Positions 27,474-29,665 of a stretch of 29,665 bases of DNA are shown piece after piece. The translations under genes were made by a program, and so were the position numbers. The notes under the pieces are model-generated. The model saw only the letters and a list, made by a program, of their open reading frames with translations, was not told the origin of the DNA and did not search any database. The stretch is from Verrucomicrobiales bacterium (lineage in GTDB: Bacteria; Verrucomicrobiota; Verrucomicrobiia; Verrucomicrobiales; SLCJ01). The stretch spans positions 1 to 29,665 of the forward strand of contig JBJTQJ010000109.1 in NCBI GenBank assembly GCA_046075565.1. The letters are read 5' to 3'. Each line of letters begins with the position of its first letter. Position 1 is the stretch's first letter.

Positions 27474-28250
27474 ATGACACTCCAGCAAGTCGTCGAAACC
27501 CTGATCACTGCCGCCGAGGAACCCCTCGATAGCGAAGGGCTCGCCAATACCATCCGCCAGTCCGTCGCCATCCGCGCGGCCGAACTCGCCGAAGGCGAAA
27601 CCCTGCCCGAACATCTCGCCGCCTTCGCGGAGACCAACGCCGAGCAGATCGAGGCCGCCATTCAGGAATTGAACGCGGCTTACGTTGCCCATGGCCATGC
27701 CCTTGCGGTGGTGTTGCGCCCACGGGGATGGCAACTCATGACCCGCCCCGAATTCGCGGATTTTCTCGGCTCCCTCTTCCCGGAACGCCGCACCCATCGC
27801 CTCAGCGGACCGGCCCTTGAGACCCTCGCCATCATCGCCTACCGCCAACCGGTCACCAAGGCTGAGATCGAATCGGTCCGGGGGGTTTCCGCCGATGGTA
27901 TGCTCCAGAAATTGCTCGACCTCGAACTGGTGAAAATCGGTGGCCGCGCCGAGCTGCCCGGCCGTCCGCTCCAATACGTGACCACCGGCAAATTCCTCGA
28001 ACACTTCAACCTGCACAACGTAGAGGACCTCCCGAATTCATACGAACTGCGCCGCGTCAAGCTGCCGACGGCCGAGGAAGTCCATGGAGCTGCCGATGCG
28101 GAAAACCCGACCGCCGAAGGCGAAGGCGCACCCGATGCCGGTGAAGCCGAGTCTGCCGGCGTCGTGCCGGATCAAGCCGAAATCTCATTCGAGGCTCCTG
28201 CAGCCGTCGAAGGGAAAGGGGAGACCGCCACCTCCGAGCCCTCGCCGTGA
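27474..28250 (+). CDS. scpB: SMC-Scp complex subunit ScpB
   Basis: LSGPALETLAIIAYRQPVTKAEIESVRGV and GRAELPGRPLQYVTT.KFLEHF, with an acidic tail. Confidence 0.97.
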   Translation: MTLQQVVETLITAAEEPLDSEGLANTIRQSVAIRAAELAEGETLPEHLAAFAETNAEQIEAAIQELNAAYVAHGHALAVVLRPRGWQLMTRPEFADFLGSLFPERRTHRLSGPALETLAIIAYRQPVTKAEIESVRGVSADGMLQKLLDLELVKIGGRAELPGRPLQYVTTGKFLEHFNLHNVEDLPNSYELRRVKLPTAEEVHGAADAENPTAEGEGAPDAGEAESAGVVPDQAEISFEAPAAVEGKGETATSEPSP

Positions 28251-28295
28251 TGGTTCGGGCGCGGGGAAAAATGGATTCCGCCCCAAGATGCGCTC

Positions 28296-28324
28296 TTGCC
28301 GCCGCCTCCGCTCGCATCCATGAT
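28296..28324 (+). promoter_or_regulatory. Putative sigma70 promoter giving a leaderless pheA transcript
   Basis: TTGCCG-N17-CATGAT, with the -10 box 7 nt before ATG 28332. Confidence 0.5.
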
Positions 28325-28331
28325 TCCCCCT

Positions 28332-29405
28332 ATGCCTCTCGACGAGATCCGCCGCTCCATCGATGCTGTTGACAGCGAACTCCTTCGTCTGCTCAATGAG
28401 CGGGCGTCCCTCGTGCATAAAGTCGGGGAGGTGAAACGCGCCCAGGGCCTGGAGTTTTACGCTCCCGAACGCGAGGATGCCCTCTTGCAAAATCTGATCA
28501 AGAAAAACGCGGAAATTGACGGGCTTCTGCCCGCATCGGCCGTGAGCGCCATTTACCGTGAGATCATGTCGGCCGCGCTCGCCCTTGAGACCGATCTGCG
28601 CATTGCCTACCTGGGTCCGGCCGGCACATGGACACACCAAGCTGCCATTCTGAAATTCGGCCACTCGGTTCGTTATCTCCCCATGCCGAATTTCGCGGAT
28701 GTCTTCGACGCCGTGGCGCGCAAACACGCCGACTACGGAATCGTCCCCATCGAGAATTCCACCGAGGGTGCAGTCTCCCACACGCTTGATTTGTTCGCCG
28801 ACAGTCCGCTGCGCATCTGCGCCCAAATTCTCCTGCCCATCGAGCACGCCTTGCTCTCGAACATTCCCCGCGCCGAGATCCGGCGGCTCTACAGTCATCC
28901 CCAGGTGTTTGGCCAGTGCAGGGCATGGCTGCATAAACATTTCCCGGCCGCCGAACTCGTCGAGGTTTCTTCAACCACCCGCGCCGCGGAACTCGCGACC
29001 GCCGAGCCCGGTGCCGCCGCCTTGGGAGGAAAACTCGCCGCCGAGCTCTACGGACTGTCCGTGATCGAGGAATCCATCCAGGATTCCGCCACCAATACCA
29101 CGCGATTCCTCGTTCTTTCCCACCGCACCTGCCCGTCCACCGGCAACGACCGCACTTCCATCATGTTCGCGGTGAAAGATCGTCCCGGCTCTCTCTATGA
29201 AGCATTGAAACCCTTCAACGAGTTTTCGATCAACATGTCGAAGATCGAAAGTCGTCCGTCGAAGAAACGCGACTGGGAATACTTCTTCTTCGTTGATGTG
29301 CTCGGTCACTGCGAGGATCCGAAACTCGTCTCCGCCCTGACCGAGTTGGAACGCCATTGCTCGTTCATCAAGATCCTCGGTTCCTATCCGAATACCGCGA
29401 GCTGA
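28332..29405 (+). CDS. pheA: Bifunctional chorismate mutase / prephenate dehydratase (P-protein)
   Basis: CM domain (LDEIRRSIDAVD...LLNERA), IAYLGP.GT, VPIENSTEG, SHPQ, NTTRF and ACT domain (INMSKIESRP, FFVD, LGSYP). Confidence 0.97.
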   Translation: MPLDEIRRSIDAVDSELLRLLNERASLVHKVGEVKRAQGLEFYAPEREDALLQNLIKKNAEIDGLLPASAVSAIYREIMSAALALETDLRIAYLGPAGTWTHQAAILKFGHSVRYLPMPNFADVFDAVARKHADYGIVPIENSTEGAVSHTLDLFADSPLRICAQILLPIEHALLSNIPRAEIRRLYSHPQVFGQCRAWLHKHFPAAELVEVSSTTRAAELATAEPGAAALGGKLAAELYGLSVIEESIQDSATNTTRFLVLSHRTCPSTGNDRTSIMFAVKDRPGSLYEALKPFNEFSINMSKIESRPSKKRDWEYFFFVDVLGHCEDPKLVSALTELERHCSFIKILGSYPNTAS

Positions 29406-29411
29406 GCCACC

Positions 29412-29665
29412 ATGCCCCGCCAAGCCGCGCTCGCCGCCCTCGCCCGCTGGGACCCGCGTATCCGCCACCTCGAGGATATCCTGCCGGAAACCACCACCGG
29501 ACTTTCCCCGCGGGACGCGGCCCTCGCCCGTCACCTTGCCGAACAAGTGGTTCGCCACCTTCGTTTGCTCGACCTTTGGATCGACCACTTGGCAGCGCCT
29601 GATGGAAAAAAGCCCGGCTCAAGGAAACTGGATGGCACCACCCGCGACCTGCTCCGGCTCGGTCT
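29412..29665 (+). CDS. rsmB: 16S rRNA m5C967 methyltransferase RsmB/Sun, N-terminal NusB-like domain (partial, runs off the window)
   Basis: MPRQAALAALARW...LSPRDAALARHLAEQVVRHLRLLDLWIDHL...RDLLRLG resembles the RsmB N-terminus. It is not in the ORF track. Confidence 0.7.
   Translation, partial: MPRQAALAALARWDPRIRHLEDILPETTTGLSPRDAALARHLAEQVVRHLRLLDLWIDHLAAPDGKKPGSRKLDGTTRDLLRLG

Noticed and set aside
25512-27661. Long ORFs 25512..26876(+) and 26711..27661(-)
   Set aside because: They are antisense shadows of the AsmA-like gene and scpA, with no motifs.

Overview
GC-rich bacterial DNA. The gene content and protein styles suggest a Verrucomicrobia/PVC-type organism (inference). The window has three parts. 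(1) 1-4602 is a decayed, mobile-element-scarred mosaic. It holds the 3' end of an IS110-family transposase whose element end abuts, in frame, the tail of a vWA/YfbK (DUF3520-like) gene, then a secreted GH16 glycoside hydrolase divergent from a PAS-AraC regulator. An IS4-family element follows, with an E-to-K change at its catalytic glutamate and no target-site duplication, and then two broken genes. (2) 4636-11781 is a catabolic block: three secreted sulfatases with three different formylglycine motifs (two of them behind back-to-back ECF-like promoters), a REP/REPIN cluster, a KGSADH-type aldehyde dehydrogenase and a lipocalin. (3) 12097-29665 is mostly core genes. A long co-oriented run reads mreB-mreC-mreD-mrdA (no rodA)-RNase E/G-iscA-hscB-hscA, and then continues by overlapping codons into two paralogous zinc-ribbon membrane proteins of unknown function. 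A DPBB/RlpA-like secreted protein and an AsmA-like protein lie on the minus strand, followed by scpA-scpB-pheA-rsmB (partial). The best candidate for an undescribed system is the IscU-less IscA/HscB/HscA module coupled to the two Cys-rich membrane paralogs. No rRNA, tRNA or CRISPR array was seen. All family calls come from motif recognition by eye, not from database searches.
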